From contig NC_043005.1 in NCBI RefSeq assembly GCF_006345805.1, forward strand, positions 107,508,001 through 107,572,000: a DNA stretch of 64,000 bases. The letters run 5' to 3'. The stretch's first letter is position 1. Each line of letters begins with the position of its first letter. Source of the DNA: Octopus sinensis. Taxonomy: Eukaryota. Below the pieces are notes generated by a model. The model made no database searches and was not told where the DNA came from. It saw only the letters and a program-made list of their open reading frames with translations. The position numbers and the translations under genes were made by a program. Positions 11,719-25,515 of the stretch are shown here, one piece after another.

Positions 11719-11774
11719 TGTGTATGTAGGCATGCGTATGCATAAGTGCACGCGTATATGAATGTGTGTGTATT

Positions 11775-11817
<43 letters not shown>

Positions 11818-12529
11818 CCGTGTATGCTCGTGTTCGTTCCATCCATGATTATAATCTTCTTCATTTTCGTTATACTTTCTTTGGCATTTATTCGAAGTAA
11901 TTTGATGTATAAATGAGAATGAACTACAAATGCAGAATGTGGAGCAACTATTTGTAACGAACAATTAGGAAACCAACAAACTCAACTAAATTATGGTAAA
12001 CTATTCTATGACTCGAAAATCATTGACTTAGAAACTCTAATTAACTTTTATCTTTTTTATATATTTTCCTTTTTTAAAATATGTTGTTTACGTTTTGTAT
12101 GAGTGCATATGCATAAGTGTATTTCCCTTTTATGGTAATGCTAACAATTCTTGGTCATTGGTGTATTTTTCGTACTTTATCTACCTTCCCTTTTGTTATT
12201 TATATCTGCGTATTTTTTGTTTTCTCTCTGAGTATATAGTACTGGCATACAAGAATATGTATATATTGAATATTGTTATAAAAGGATGATCTAGAAGGAA
12301 AATGCAGCGTTTGTTTTATACGTGAGTTTATGCGCGCGTTTGTGTGAATCAGTATGTGTGTTTAAATATGTATGTGTATATATATATATCCATATATATA
12401 CATATATATATATATGTATATATATACATATTTATATATGTGTGTGTGTATATATAAATATGTATATATGTATATATTCATATATATATTCATATAAATA
12501 TATACATATATATATATATATGTATGTAA

Positions 12530-12585
<56 letters not shown>

Positions 12586-13009
12586 TATATACACAAATAT
12601 ATGGATATACATATATTATGTACACAAAGCGAGAGTGAAACAGTAGGAAAAAACAACAAATGTACAAACTCACATGATGGACGATTCTCACCAAGAGAGA
12701 AAGGAAAAAAAAAACAGATGCTAGTATCTGAATCACATATTGTTGGTGTAGAAGTAAATTTTGAATAATTTCGCTACACTTCAATACTGAGGAAGCAATT
12801 GCGGCAATTGACAATGAGGCAGGTGAAAATAAGAATATTAGTTAGGGAGATAAAAGGACATGAATATGTAAGGGGTAGGGAGCGAGGTAGCGAGAATTGC
12901 TGTCTCGATAATAAATATTGACCGTTTATGTGAATGCTATGATGGTGATGATCACTTCTTTCTTTTATCGCTAATGTTAGTATTATATATTGTTGGTGGA
13001 AAATAATAG

Positions 13010-13180
<171 letters not shown>

Positions 13181-13442
13181 CTATTATAGAAAAAGAGAAA
13201 CGTAGTGGTAGACTCATTTTTAATTGTGTTGTTTATGATGTTGATGTGAATAATGGTGACTCACACATTACTAATATTCAACTTCATTGTCGTTGCTGCA
13301 CTTGTTATTCCGTTGTGTTCGTGCTGCTCCTGTTATATTTAAGCCAGTGTCAAATCTCATCGCGCGGGTATACGTGACCATCTTCCACGTTTAAATGAAA
13401 TACATAGAACTATGTTATAAACTCTTTCATTGCCATGTGGAT

Positions 13443-13825
13443 GGAAGCACACCGTCGGTTACGACGATGAGGGTTCCGGTTGATCCGAATCAACGGAACA
13501 GCCTGCTCGTGAAATTAACGTGTAAGTGGCTGAGCACTCCACAGACATGTGTACCCTTAACGTAGTTCTCGGGGATATTCAGCGTGACACAGAGAGTGAC
13601 AAGGCCGGCCCGTTGAATTACAGGTACAACAGAAAGAGGAAGTAAGAGTGAGAGAAAGTTGTGGTGAAAGAGTACAGCAGGGATCACCACCATCCCCTGC
13701 CGGAGTCTCTTGGAGCTTTTAGGTGTTTTCGCTCAATAAACACTCACAACGCCCAGTCTGGGTATCGAAACCGCGATCCTATGACCGCGAGTCCGCTGCC
13801 CTAACCACTGGGCCATTGCGCTTCC
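13443..13825 (-). mobile_element. tRNA(Arg-like)-derived SINE, family B, full length
   Basis: Minus head GGAAGCGCAATGGCCCAGTGGTTAGGGCAGCGGACTCGCGG...GGTTTCGATACCC contains A and B boxes. Nearly identical to the 19340-19720 copy. Confidence 0.9.
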
Positions 13826-14540
13826 TCTCATTGCCATGTATCTAATGAAAGACACTATCGTGATTTCAATCAGTTTGTAAATGAGGAAAAACTTAGTAAA
13901 ACGACTTCGTTATTATTAATCTGGCTTTTTTATTACATGAAATTTGGTTGGAAGGTTTTATTTTTAGATCGGAGAAGCGATTTAAGACAGGTTTGTGTCA
14001 TTAAAATGTCCTCCTCATTCTGCCCGTATACATTCCAACACTCTTTTCAGGATTTGTCCCTTCTTCCCTCTCTGCCCCTCTAGACACACCCACACGCACT
14101 CATGCACACACACATACATACACACATATCTGCGTGTCCATATATATATGTATGTCTATGTGTGTATTTATACTTACACACACCCAAATGCATGCACACA
14201 CGCACACATGCACACAAACATATATATCTCCTTGTATTACACGCACCTTGACGTCATGGTGCCGAAGAACTCCATGAGATAAAATCTCTTCGTAGAACCG
14301 TAGTGTTGTAACGTTGAAAACACAATATATAAACACAATGCAGTGATTCGCTCAATTGAAGGAAGGCACAGCGTGTTTCTTGTTCTCCAGAGCCAACATC
14401 GATGTTCGTCTCACTCCGATATATATTGTATTTTTAGCACAAATCTATGAAATGATTTATCTCAGAGAATTCCACATCATCATGCCTTCTAATTGTATAT
14501 GTATATTATGAGTGATACACGTCTCTCTCTTTCTCTTTGG

Positions 14541-14582
<42 letters not shown>

Positions 14583-15846
14583 TTGAATAAAGTTACAACA
14601 TGGCAAGTAATATTGCTGCGTCCGGCAAACCATGACGGTTACACTGCATGCTGAACCATATTTGAAAACTTCAGCTTGTAGGAGCCTTCTAAAAGGTAAG
14701 AAAAGGACAGAATTCATTTCAGTACAGTTGTCAAGAACTCAGCTGTCAGTTACATACATTTTGAAATCTGATGATTACTACGAACGTATGAAAGTGCTAA
14801 TTGAACATTACAAAAAATATATATTTTTTCAATTTTTAACACACTTTAATATCGTAAAAAACAAAATTTTTAATACGATAATAAAAACGTGAAAAACAGA
14901 CCATGTTCTAACATTATTCTATACACATTTACACAGATTCGGAAAATATATAGGAAGTTAGCTCTTATTTCTAAACAAATTGATGCTTTCCCGCATCCTT
15001 ATGCTCCGTGCTTATTTTAAATTTCATACCTATATAATGCTGTTAAACCTGTGAACCGCCAATGGTACTGCTGTTAATATTACCATTTAAAATATTCACC
15101 AAAAGATGATATTAACAATAATAACATCTTACTTCGAATGTAAACATTTGAATATTTTGCTCGTATATATATTTTACATGTGTGTATGTGTGTGTGTGTG
15201 GAGAGAGAGAGAGAGACAGACAGAGAGACAGAGACAGAAAAAGAGAGAAAAAGAAAAGAGAGAGTAAGAGAGAGAAGAGAAATTGATCTGAATTTGGTAT
15301 CCTTTAGTTCATTTACTACATGCGTTTCAGAGTTCAGCGATACATTTTGTCCCACTAAAATGCAAACCTAACATGAACCTCATAATTCAGCCTCCATAAT
15401 CTATCCGATGGGTGTTTAATTCGATTAAAAACGAGAGGCGAAAACTAAACGGTAAAATTGTTGTGTACTAAGCGCATTCTTTTCTACTAATATATGTGTG
15501 TGTAATTGTGTGTGTGTGTGTGTGTGTGTGTGCGTATGTGTGTGTGTTTGAGTTTGTTTGTGTGTCGCTGCTGTGTCGTGTGGAAGATACAGCAAGATTC
15601 TCTTATTGTTTCCAGTTCCCCCGAAGAGACCATTTTCATCCATTCGCAGAGGCAAACTATGTATGGTTAGTTACATTGTGGTAACTGTATAATGCATGAT
15701 GATGATGGAGGCTAAATTAATAAATGTATGATTATTCTTATTTAACTCATTAGAATATGATATGAGAAACAATTACATGTTATTGCCAGCTTGTGATAGT
15801 ATGAGGTAGAATTCCTCACCGTTGCTCTTGGCAATATTATTCATAA

Positions 15847-16045
15847 GGAGGCGAGCTGGCAGAATCGTTCGCGCTCCGGTCAAAATGCTTTTCGGCATTT
15901 CGTCTGTCTCTACGTTCTGAGTTCAAATTCCGCCGTGGCCGACTTTGCCTTACAACCTATCGAAGGTGATAAAATAATTATTAGCTGTGCACCGGGCTCA
16001 GTGTAATCGATTTACCCTACCACCGACGTTGCTGGTTTTGTGCTA
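15847..16045 (+). mobile_element. SINE family A, diverged
   Basis: aggaggcgagctggcagaatcgtt...ctgagttcaaattccgcc. Confidence 0.8.
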
Positions 16046-16807
16046 AAACATGAAATCAGTAATTTATTTTTCTTAAAGCTGTAATCGTTGCAAATTTTGG
16101 ACGTAGGTTTTGTGTTGTTGCTATTTCTGTTCAGCAGCAACTCATGTACTTTCCAACTATTGTCCTCCAGACTCGTTTTCAGGCAATGTTGCAACTTGGC
16201 TAACGTTGTTCAAAGATTAATTTGTAAACGGTTGTATAACTTGATGGAAACATTGTGAGATCTTTCGAGCCCACTCGTATCTTTATATAGAATTTCTTGA
16301 TGGATATCTTTATCTCTCTCCCTCCCTCTATCCCCTTTCTCTCTCTCTCCTATCCTCTCCCCACACACTCTCTCTCTCAATCTCTTTCTCTGTTTAGTGT
16401 ATAACTGGTGATTATTGTTGATTTTCGGATACTACTCTTGTTAGTCTTTCGTGATGTAACTTCAGTACGATATGGTTTACAATATCGTTGTTCCTATTGT
16501 TTAGTGACAGAGAAGCATGGTTTGTACGCGAAATTGGTCAATGCAGCAATAAGCTGTGATAGTTATGACGTCGTTTCTGTTGCCAATTTAGCTCTACGTT
16601 ATGTTAGTTGATAACACGTTGACACCGCTCTTTGAGTTACAAATAACATTGGCAGCAGTCAATTTTTCAGATTGCCATGGTACTTCGAATGGTGGGCCAT
16701 CTCTTTCACTCTACCCTTTTACTTTTTTTTACAAGTGATTTTGGGGGACAAGCACAGACACACAAACACGCCCACATACACACACATATATATATACATG
16801 CATATAT

Positions 16808-16971
16808 TCGACGGGCTTATTTCAGTTTCCGTCTTCCAAATCCACTCACAAGGCTTTGGTCAGCCCGAGGCTATAGTAGAAGACACTTGCCCAAGGTGCC
16901 ACGCAGTGGGACTGAACCCGGAACCATGTGGTTCGTAAGCAAGCTACTTACCACACAGCCACTCCAGCGCC
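16808..16971 (-). mobile_element. tRNA-derived SINE, family C (GGCGCTGGAGTGGCTGTGTGGTAAG head)
   Basis: A box TGGCTGTGTGG, B box GGGTTCAGTCCC, then a gtggcaccttgggcaagtgtctt core. Confidence 0.85.
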
Positions 16972-17169
16972 TATACTGGAGAAGCTGCTAATCTAAACAT
17001 ATGAAACACCCCCAGGAAATTATCAGGGTTCCTTGAACTGGAATTGAAATATAGAAATTTTAACTGGACAACTACATCATTACGATCATGACGATGTCGA
17101 TGACAACGATAGCGACAGCATCAAAAACGATGACATCGTCAGCGACAACAAAGCTGGCGAATTTACTTA

Positions 17170-17420
17170 TAGCAATTTGCTTGGGAGAAAAAATTGCGTG
17201 AGTTTAGACGTTATGTTGCTTTTGGTTCTGAGTGTATATTTTATCAATATGGCTGACATCTGAAGCCAGATGTATCTCATATAGGAAATACTTAGCTCAA
17301 AATTACGACTGCTAACAATATATATGACGGAAGTATAATGGGGGTTATTGCAGTGCTTGTCATGGATCAAATTGACTTCACGCCAAATGGTCTTACTATC
17401 ATTCAATTTTTACTTAATCT
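17170..17420 (-). mobile_element. Possible decayed L2/CR1-group LINE fragment (pre-RT region)
   Basis: DSKTIWREVNLIHDK resembles the 'K.TW..IN.I..K' motif upstream of RT. Confidence 0.3.
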
Positions 17421-18326
17421 AAATTCTTTTTTTCTTTTAATTATATGTAACCAATCACTTAATGTCACTTTTTAAATACATTTATTAGGCTTTAATAATA
17501 CTCAATTAAGTTTTGGGCTCACTACACAAGAATTAGATATAATCATTCAGCTATTTGTTTTTCATGCTATGTTGTCTCTGGGTTAAATTCCTCAACTCTC
17601 AACTTTTCATGATATTGTAAGACTATACTCTCTCCAAGAACAGATGAACAGATACAATGACAGGTGAATTGCTACCATCTACAACTAATTATTTACGTAG
17701 ATTTATTTCATTTCTTTGTATTATAGCTAACTAGTTTTTGTTTATATTCTATATTTATATATTGCTGTTTATTGCATAGAAATACAACAGACATTTGAAA
17801 CAGTTTTGAACTTATGAACTCAATGGTTTTCCTTCTATGAAAATGATATTCAGCAAATTTTTTACATCGTGCATTTTCCTTTTGTGAAAGAGGGTTGAAG
17901 GATAGGTCTCTGTACGTAAGGATTTATGTATGTGTATAAATGTATGTATTTGTGCATGCCCGTGTGTTTTTGTATTTACAGATCCCTATCTATTTCTCCT
18001 TGTTCTTCCTTAAGCTAAGTGCTTTAATTGTATAGTAGAGAAGACCATTTTCTGAGAATAAAATACATTTACAAAAGCAGCAAGATTGAGAGCATTCATC
18101 AAATCGTATTTATTAAAAAAAAATTCGAGGTGTATTTAAAGCTGATTCTGTCAAGTATATTTGTCATATAACTCATCCAAATCAAATAAATAAGTTTTCT
18201 TTTTATTTCACTAAAGCGAAAAACGAAAGTATATGTGTGTATGTATGTATGTATGTATGTATGTATGTGTGTATATATGTATATAGATGTGTGTGAATGT
18301 ATGTATTATGTATACACACATGCATG

Positions 18327-18376
<50 letters not shown>

Positions 18377-18724
18377 CATATATTACATATAAAGTGAAAC
18401 AGAATAGAAATAGATATTAAAAAATAATTAAATAAATCTGACAAGAATAGAGACGAAAAGTAGATATCATGTCATCGTATTGACTTGTATACCTATTTAT
18501 TGATATATTTATTTTTGTATGGATTGGGGGAGCTTCTGAATTGAGAGTTTTACCAATTTTCGTTTTAGCAAGAATTTTTTTCTCTTTTTTTTTTGCGGTA
18601 AACTCGTGTCTTGTCAAGTAATAATCCATTAAACATATCACTATAGATAGAGTGAGCGAGATTAACCTTGCAAGGATTCGTTATTAATATTATCATAATG
18701 ATATCATCGTTGCTATTATAAAAG

Positions 18725-18757
<33 letters not shown>

Positions 18758-18900
18758 CCATCATCATCATCTTCATCATTATCATCATCGTCATATTCAT
18801 CATTATCATCATCATCATCACCACCATGTTCTTCTTGTTCTTGTTCTTCTTCTTGTTGTTCTCCTTCTTCTTCTTCTTCTTCTTCATTATTGTTATTTAT
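18725..18900. repeat. (CAT)n/(CTT)n cryptic trinucleotide repeat
   Basis: Directly visible. Confidence 0.9.
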
Positions 18901-19212
18901 CATCGACCTTATTCTTGTTTATGTGTTATTATGCTTGTTATTATCATTTCCGAATTTTATTATTAATTGATAAATTTGTGTTGTGCGTGTGTGTGGTGTG
19001 TGTGTATGAATATATATGAGTGTATGTGCATGTTTGAGTGCGTTTGAGTTTGTGTGTATGTGTGTGTGCGCGCTCGCATACATGTGTGCGTGTGTGTGTT
19101 TTCGTTTTATTGCAATTATAGTTTGTTTGTTCGTTCTGATAGATGGCGGAACGATAATACAAAGAAGTAATGAAAAATATATGCCTGAAGTTAATGTGTG
19201 TGTGTGTGTATG

Positions 19213-19305
<93 letters not shown>

Positions 19306-19339
19306 ATATTTATATATTATATATATATATATATATATA

Positions 19340-19720
19340 GAAGCACACCGTCAGTTACGACGATGAGGGTTCCGGTTGATCCGAATCAACGGAACAGCCT
19401 GCTCGTGAATTAACGTGTAAGTAGCTGAGCACTCCACAGACACGTGCACCCTTAACGTAGTTCTCGGGGATATTCAGCGTGACACAGAGAGTGATAAGGC
19501 TGGCCCCTTGAAATACAGATATAACAGAAACAGGAAGTAAGAGTGAGAGAAAGTTGTGGTGAAAGAGTACAGCAGGGATCACCACCATCCCCTGCCGGAG
19601 CCTCGTGGAGCTTTTAGGTGTTTTCGCTCAATAAACACTCACAACGCCCGGTCTGGGAATCGAAACAGCGATCCTATGACCGCGAGTCCGCTGCCCTAAC
19701 CACTGTACCATTGCGCCTCC
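19340..19720 (-). mobile_element. SINE family B, full length
   Basis: Near-identical to 13443-13825. Confidence 0.9.
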
Positions 19721-19824
19721 ACACATATATATATAAAATTAAGGCCGAATGATGCATATAGCTGCTATTATGGAGATTTGCGTATTGTAATGATCAATAT
19801 ATTAGTGGTTGATATTACTCCGAG

Positions 19825-19945
19825 TAAAATTATTAGCGGCATTCCGTCTGCCTTTACGTTCTGAATTCAAAATTCACCGAGGTTTACTTTGCCTTTCTTC
19901 ATTTTAGGATCGATAAATTAAGTACCAATTGGACACTTGGGACAA
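19825..19945 (+). mobile_element. SINE family A fragment, diverged
   Basis: ttagcggcattccgtctgcctttacgttctgaattcaaaattcaccgagg...gataaattaagtacca. Confidence 0.65.
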
Positions 19946-20355
19946 TGCTTCTTTCAAAATATATATTTGTAAATATTAGTTAACTGCATGCCCTTTGGAA
20001 AATAAATTTTTCCGTAAAAACAATGTATAAAAATACTCTCTAAGGAAAAAGTTATCAACAACCACTTTGAACTTATAATGAGATGCAACCATACGCTTTG
20101 CAAAACTTTCAGAAAATGCAGGCGGAAGTATTTGATGGAGATTGATTATTTATTCTAATCAATATCTGACACTCATCCCATAAACTGGGTTAAAGTTAGT
20201 ACACAACAATATTTATCGGGTATATATATCTATATATCTATATCTATCTATCTATCTATCTATCTATCTCTATCTATCTATCTATATATCTATCTATCTA
20301 TCTATCTATCTTTCTATCTATCTATCTATCTATCTATCTCTCTCTCGCTCTCCCC

Positions 20356-20406
<51 letters not shown>

Positions 20407-21141
20407 ATATAATGTTTGAAACATAGTACAGTCTGTCGTATTAAACTATAATTAAAAAGGCATAAAATTTCATCTAGCCACATGATTTATAAAATTTCTG
20501 GACACGGAGAACGACTCTATCTACTTACTTCTCTTGTTTTATATTTATGCTCTCCTCCATTCCTCATCATATGTATTGATGTATTGATTGGGGATTTAAA
20601 TCGTGGATCAATCAGTTTTATTTTATTTTTTTTCTTGGTTTACTTGTGATATGTAAATGTCTTCTTATAAATACCTCTACATGCTATTTGAATACGTTAC
20701 CGGTGATAAAAGATTAACACAGCATCCTGGTGAGTTGACGTTCGATTTTATCGATGTAATGATAAATCTTGATTATATAGTTGCAAACGTAATATAATAA
20801 TGAAACAATACTCCTGCGTTCGAACGCCGGTTCAAAAATTGCACATTTACGTAATAAAACAATTCGCTCAGTCCGTTGTCATTCTTAACAATTATATTAG
20901 TCCTACCGGTATTTTAGAGTTTCGGAAATATGAAATGTAAAAAATTCACATCTTATTTATAGTCATGTTCAATAGTTTGCACATATTGATGAACTTAGAA
21001 GAGTAAAGTGCTTTTGCCCCCGGATAAAATTGCTATCATATATATCTGATGGATTCGGCTTTAATATTCTTTTACGTTAACATGGCTGACAGGTCAGTTT
21101 TAGCTTCTCTACTATTATAATGTAAACCTTTTTGAACTCAT

Positions 21142-21571
21142 AATATTCTGTGCGTGTATACCAATATTCCACTGAACTTTTTAATAATTCATTCTGGAAA
21201 TTATCTTGAGAATGTATAATATATTTGTTGTAATCTTTTGTGCCCAATATTTCAATGAACTTGTTAAACTTTTTTTATGTTCTTAACATGCTCTTGTCAC
21301 CAAAGACTGTATATATATGTATTGTAGTACTCTGTGTCAACCAATATTCTGTGCGTGTTTGAATATACAGATACAATACCAATACCAATATCCCACTGAA
21401 CTTTTTAATAATTCCTTCTGGAAACTATCTTTAACATGTTCTAGAGAATGATTATGCTGTAATCTTTTGTGCCCAATATTTTAAGGAACTTGTTAAACTA
21501 TTTTATGTCCTTAACATGTCTTGTTACCAAAGACTGTATATATGTAATGTAGCATTTTGTAACAACCAATA
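21142..21571. repeat. Tandem duplication of a ~200-230-bp unit
   Basis: aatattctgtgcgtgt...ccactgaactttttaataattc...gtaatcttttgtgcccaatatt...accaaagactgtatata...caaccaata occurs twice (from 21142 and 21343). Confidence 0.9.
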
Positions 21572-21680
21572 ATTAACGCAACCAAATTTCTACATGTTAC
21601 TTTTGACAATATTTTTCCAAAGAGTGAAACCGGTAAAGTAAATAAACATCTTCTAAAATTGCATTTTCCAACCTTCTTTG

Positions 21681-21935
<255 letters not shown>

Positions 21936-23029
21936 ATACATATATACATATATGTAGACATATATACTAAATTACGCACATTTATCTCAGTGTCACTTCT
22001 TTGTTTGACTACTTGATGCATGTATTAGCTGACAAAGCTCTTTACTAGTTAGAAATTAGTTGGTACTATGTCTTAAGTCCATGTGAAATAAATATAAGGA
22101 AAGTATATATTTTGCATACATAATAATAGAGAAAATATTCATTTAGAGAGTTCAGAGTGTTAAGGTAAACGTCCGAGGCATTGGTTTTATGTTTCAATGA
22201 ATGTGTGCGTAATTATGAATGTTCACGTGATATAAGTAAAAAAAACCATATATTTATACATAAATCCACCTTTACAGATGCACACATACATAGGTATCAG
22301 GACACATAACTAACTATATTGATAGAGACAATGCTAGATAAATAGTTACATAGATAGAAAGATAAACCTATCGAGAAGTATAGATATTGATGTATATAAT
22401 TATAATTGTAAGCCTTTTTATATTATTTATATATGTAAACATATACACGGCTATCTGCTTCACAATATGGTTGTGTGTGTGTGTGTGCGTGCGTGTGTGT
22501 TTTATTATTGCGTATATAAGTGTGTATGTGAATATTTGTATATTTATGTATACATACGCACATACATGCATGGGTGTATATTTGTGTGCTTCTGTGTGTC
22601 CACGCGTTTTTGCGGTGTGCGTGCGTATGTGTGTGCTTATGATCTATATGTGTTTATATGTTTTTGCTTTCATATGATTATGTGGGGAATCATCTGCAAT
22701 ATTTAGAACCTGATATCGCTCTGACATTATAACACATCAATCTATGAAATATTATCTTTCCCCAATCAACTCTATTTTCAAAGATAATGTTTTATTGTTT
22801 TCTCTTTCTGTCGGTGGCGTCGTTGCTGGAATCTGTGTGAAGCTCAATGAATTTGTTTCATTTATTCCAACCTTTCCCACTGAATAATTTGATCATCTTT
22901 AATTCTTTCATTTAAAATCTTATTTGTATTGTTGATATTGTTGTTGTTGGTGCTGGCAAAAAGCCAGAGAAGCTTTGAAGGAGAAAAATAGAAGTTTGAT
23001 TATCACCTCAACATAGAAAGAGTATTTCT

Positions 23030-25368
23030 TCTGCGATCGATCAAACATCTACGCGATCACTCAAGATGCTAGACATAGCAGCCAGATTTCATTTAAAGAT
23101 ACTTCGGATTATGAAATACTAGTTATTTCATGTCTGGAAAAAAAAAGATGTTTACAAAATCAGCTGGAATTTTATCATGTACCCTACTATTATATGATGC
23201 CTCACCTAAAGTATACTTCGAGAAGAACTATCTACCACATGTGTCCTCAGTTCACTTCACCCACCCGCAGTGTGTAACACTAATTGTTCATATAAGACAA
23301 CTCGACAACGCTATATGTACTATATATCACCCACCAGATGCCCCAAATCACACAGGACTCTTCGCAGACTGCCTTGCAAAAATAGAAGAGGTATTACAGA
23401 AAATAGAAGAGCTCATCAGTGAACTTCAACCTGCCCAAGTTGGAACGGCCTGAAGGCCTTCTCTTCTCAGGTATGATGCAATATGACCAAAGTCCGATGG
23501 AATCCCTGCTCGACCCCACCAATGATGTATATATGGAGCAAATCTACTCCAACCAGCGTGGGCAAGCAATATACCTTATCTCTACCTCACAAATAATGTG
23601 GATCTCATCCAAAAAGTCAAAATGATATCGATGTTAATCTCGGATCACATTATGGAGCTGACCATGTATAGACTAAAGGAACCCACAGACATGCAGCCTA
23701 TGAAAAGCACCCGAAACCTATCCGATTTGAACTATCACAAAAAGGACTGGAAATCAATTGAGAAAGAGATGACCACACCGGACTGGCACGAATGTTTCTC
23801 TACACCTAACATAGACATGATTTTGAAAAGTTTCATGTCCGCAAATAAAGTTATATGCTACAATTATGTCCTAGAGAGAAGGGCCATTGCACATATATAA
23901 AAGATACCCAGGGAGAGGAAATTTTTATGAGACGGCGTACAAATATTACAAACCGTCTCAACAGAGAACTCAACGGCAGTAAGAAATCCTGCCAAGAAAC
24001 AATACTTCTGGAGATTGATAAACAACTGAAGCACTCCCATGGGAAAGAAAAAGCAGATAGAGAAGCCTGCGTCATAAGAAATATAAAATCAGAGCTTAAA
24101 TCCTTCTTTAGGTAAAGCAAAGAGACTCTCTCTGCGTTGCAGGGTAGGGCCACTCTTCCAAAACAATGGCTCCCTCACGAGAAACCCAATGACGATAAGT
24201 GAAACTCTGAATGAACAGTTCAAAGATGTCTGCACCCCACCCCTACGGCTCATGCATGTTAGCAAACCAGTAGGATTATTTTCCGCCATAGAAGCTGAAC
24301 GGGAGGCAGTAAGACTTGATTACATCAACATCGAACAAAAGGATGTAATGCTAGCAATAGATGATATAGATACAAACTCAGCTGCTGGCCCTAATGGGTT
24401 CCCAGCAATCCTCGTAAAGTTATGCAAACGAGTCATTGCAAAACCATTGCAGCTACTCTTTCAGAGCTTCCTCGCAAATGCGCACCTCCCGAACAAACTA
24501 AAGGAAGGAATGATATGCCCCGTCCAGAGAAGATACTAAAAACTATAGGCCTATCTCCCTGATCTCGCATATCAGCAAAGTCATGGAACGAATAGGCCAA
24601 AGGAAATTAATTCTATTCCTTGAAGAGAATGACTCGCTGACTGACACCCAGCATGGTTTTCGACTGGGTAAAAGCTACCTGACCCACTCTTGCAGCATTA
24701 ACACTGGGTGCTAAAGCAGCTGCTCAACAACTCAAATGTGGACGGGATATACCTAGACTTTGTAAAAGCTTTTCACAAAATCGACCATGGTATGATGTGT
24801 CACAAGCTCCGAAATCTTGGCATGTTTGTAAAACTTAGAGAACGCCTACATGATTTTCTAAAAAATACAAGTCAGGTTTTGGTGGTCAATGCGGCCACCT
24901 CAACGAAAACAAATAAGGAGTGGTGTTCCACAGGGTACTGTTCTGGGGCCACTGATGTTCATTGTGGCGTTCTCTGACCTTCCATCAGCTGCTCAGCTGT
25001 GCAGACGATACAAAAGTCTCTTAGAAGATACAGAACCCTAGAGAGGTTGTGCATCTACAACGTGAGTTGGATGCAATATACAAGTGGACTGAGAAAAATG
25101 ACAGGCATTTAATGCAGGAACATTCCAAGCCCTGCGCTACCAACACATCGTAAAGATGCAGGCATTATCAAAACGAAACTAGACTTCTTTCTGTCAAGAC
25201 ATTCCGGATGAACCTACCTCTAGACATGAAACACAGATGAGGGCAGCAATATCAAACTCCCTCACCCACCAAACAACTCATATCAGGTGAGGTTTAGCGA
25301 AGTTGAAGCAAAGCAAACGGTTGTGCCCGAGCATGACCGCAGTCCTTAGACTGAAACTTTAAATAAAT
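23030..25368 (+). mobile_element. CR1-clade LINE ORF2 (APE endonuclease + RT), decayed, internally deleted near the 3' end
   Basis: IYHPPD and FNLP endonuclease motifs; SAAGPNGFPA..LK.C; YRPISLISHISKVMERI; QHGFR; IYLDFVKAFHKIDHG; GVPQGTVLGPLMFI; ADDTK. Many frameshifts and stops. Confidence 0.92.
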
Positions 25369-25369
25369 C

Positions 25370-25403
<34 letters not shown>

Positions 25404-25423
25404 CTATATATATATATATATAG

Positions 25424-25515
<92 letters not shown>

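Noticed and set aside
14583-14695. Possible exon ending AAG/GTAAGA (similar donors at ~49160 and ~51398)
   Set aside because: Acceptors are poor or lie in (TA)n, frames contain stops or encode nothing recognisable, and isolated donors are expected by chance.
13443-19720. tRNA genes suggested by A/B boxes
   Set aside because: All are SINE heads continuing into SINE bodies, and none forms a complete cloverleaf.
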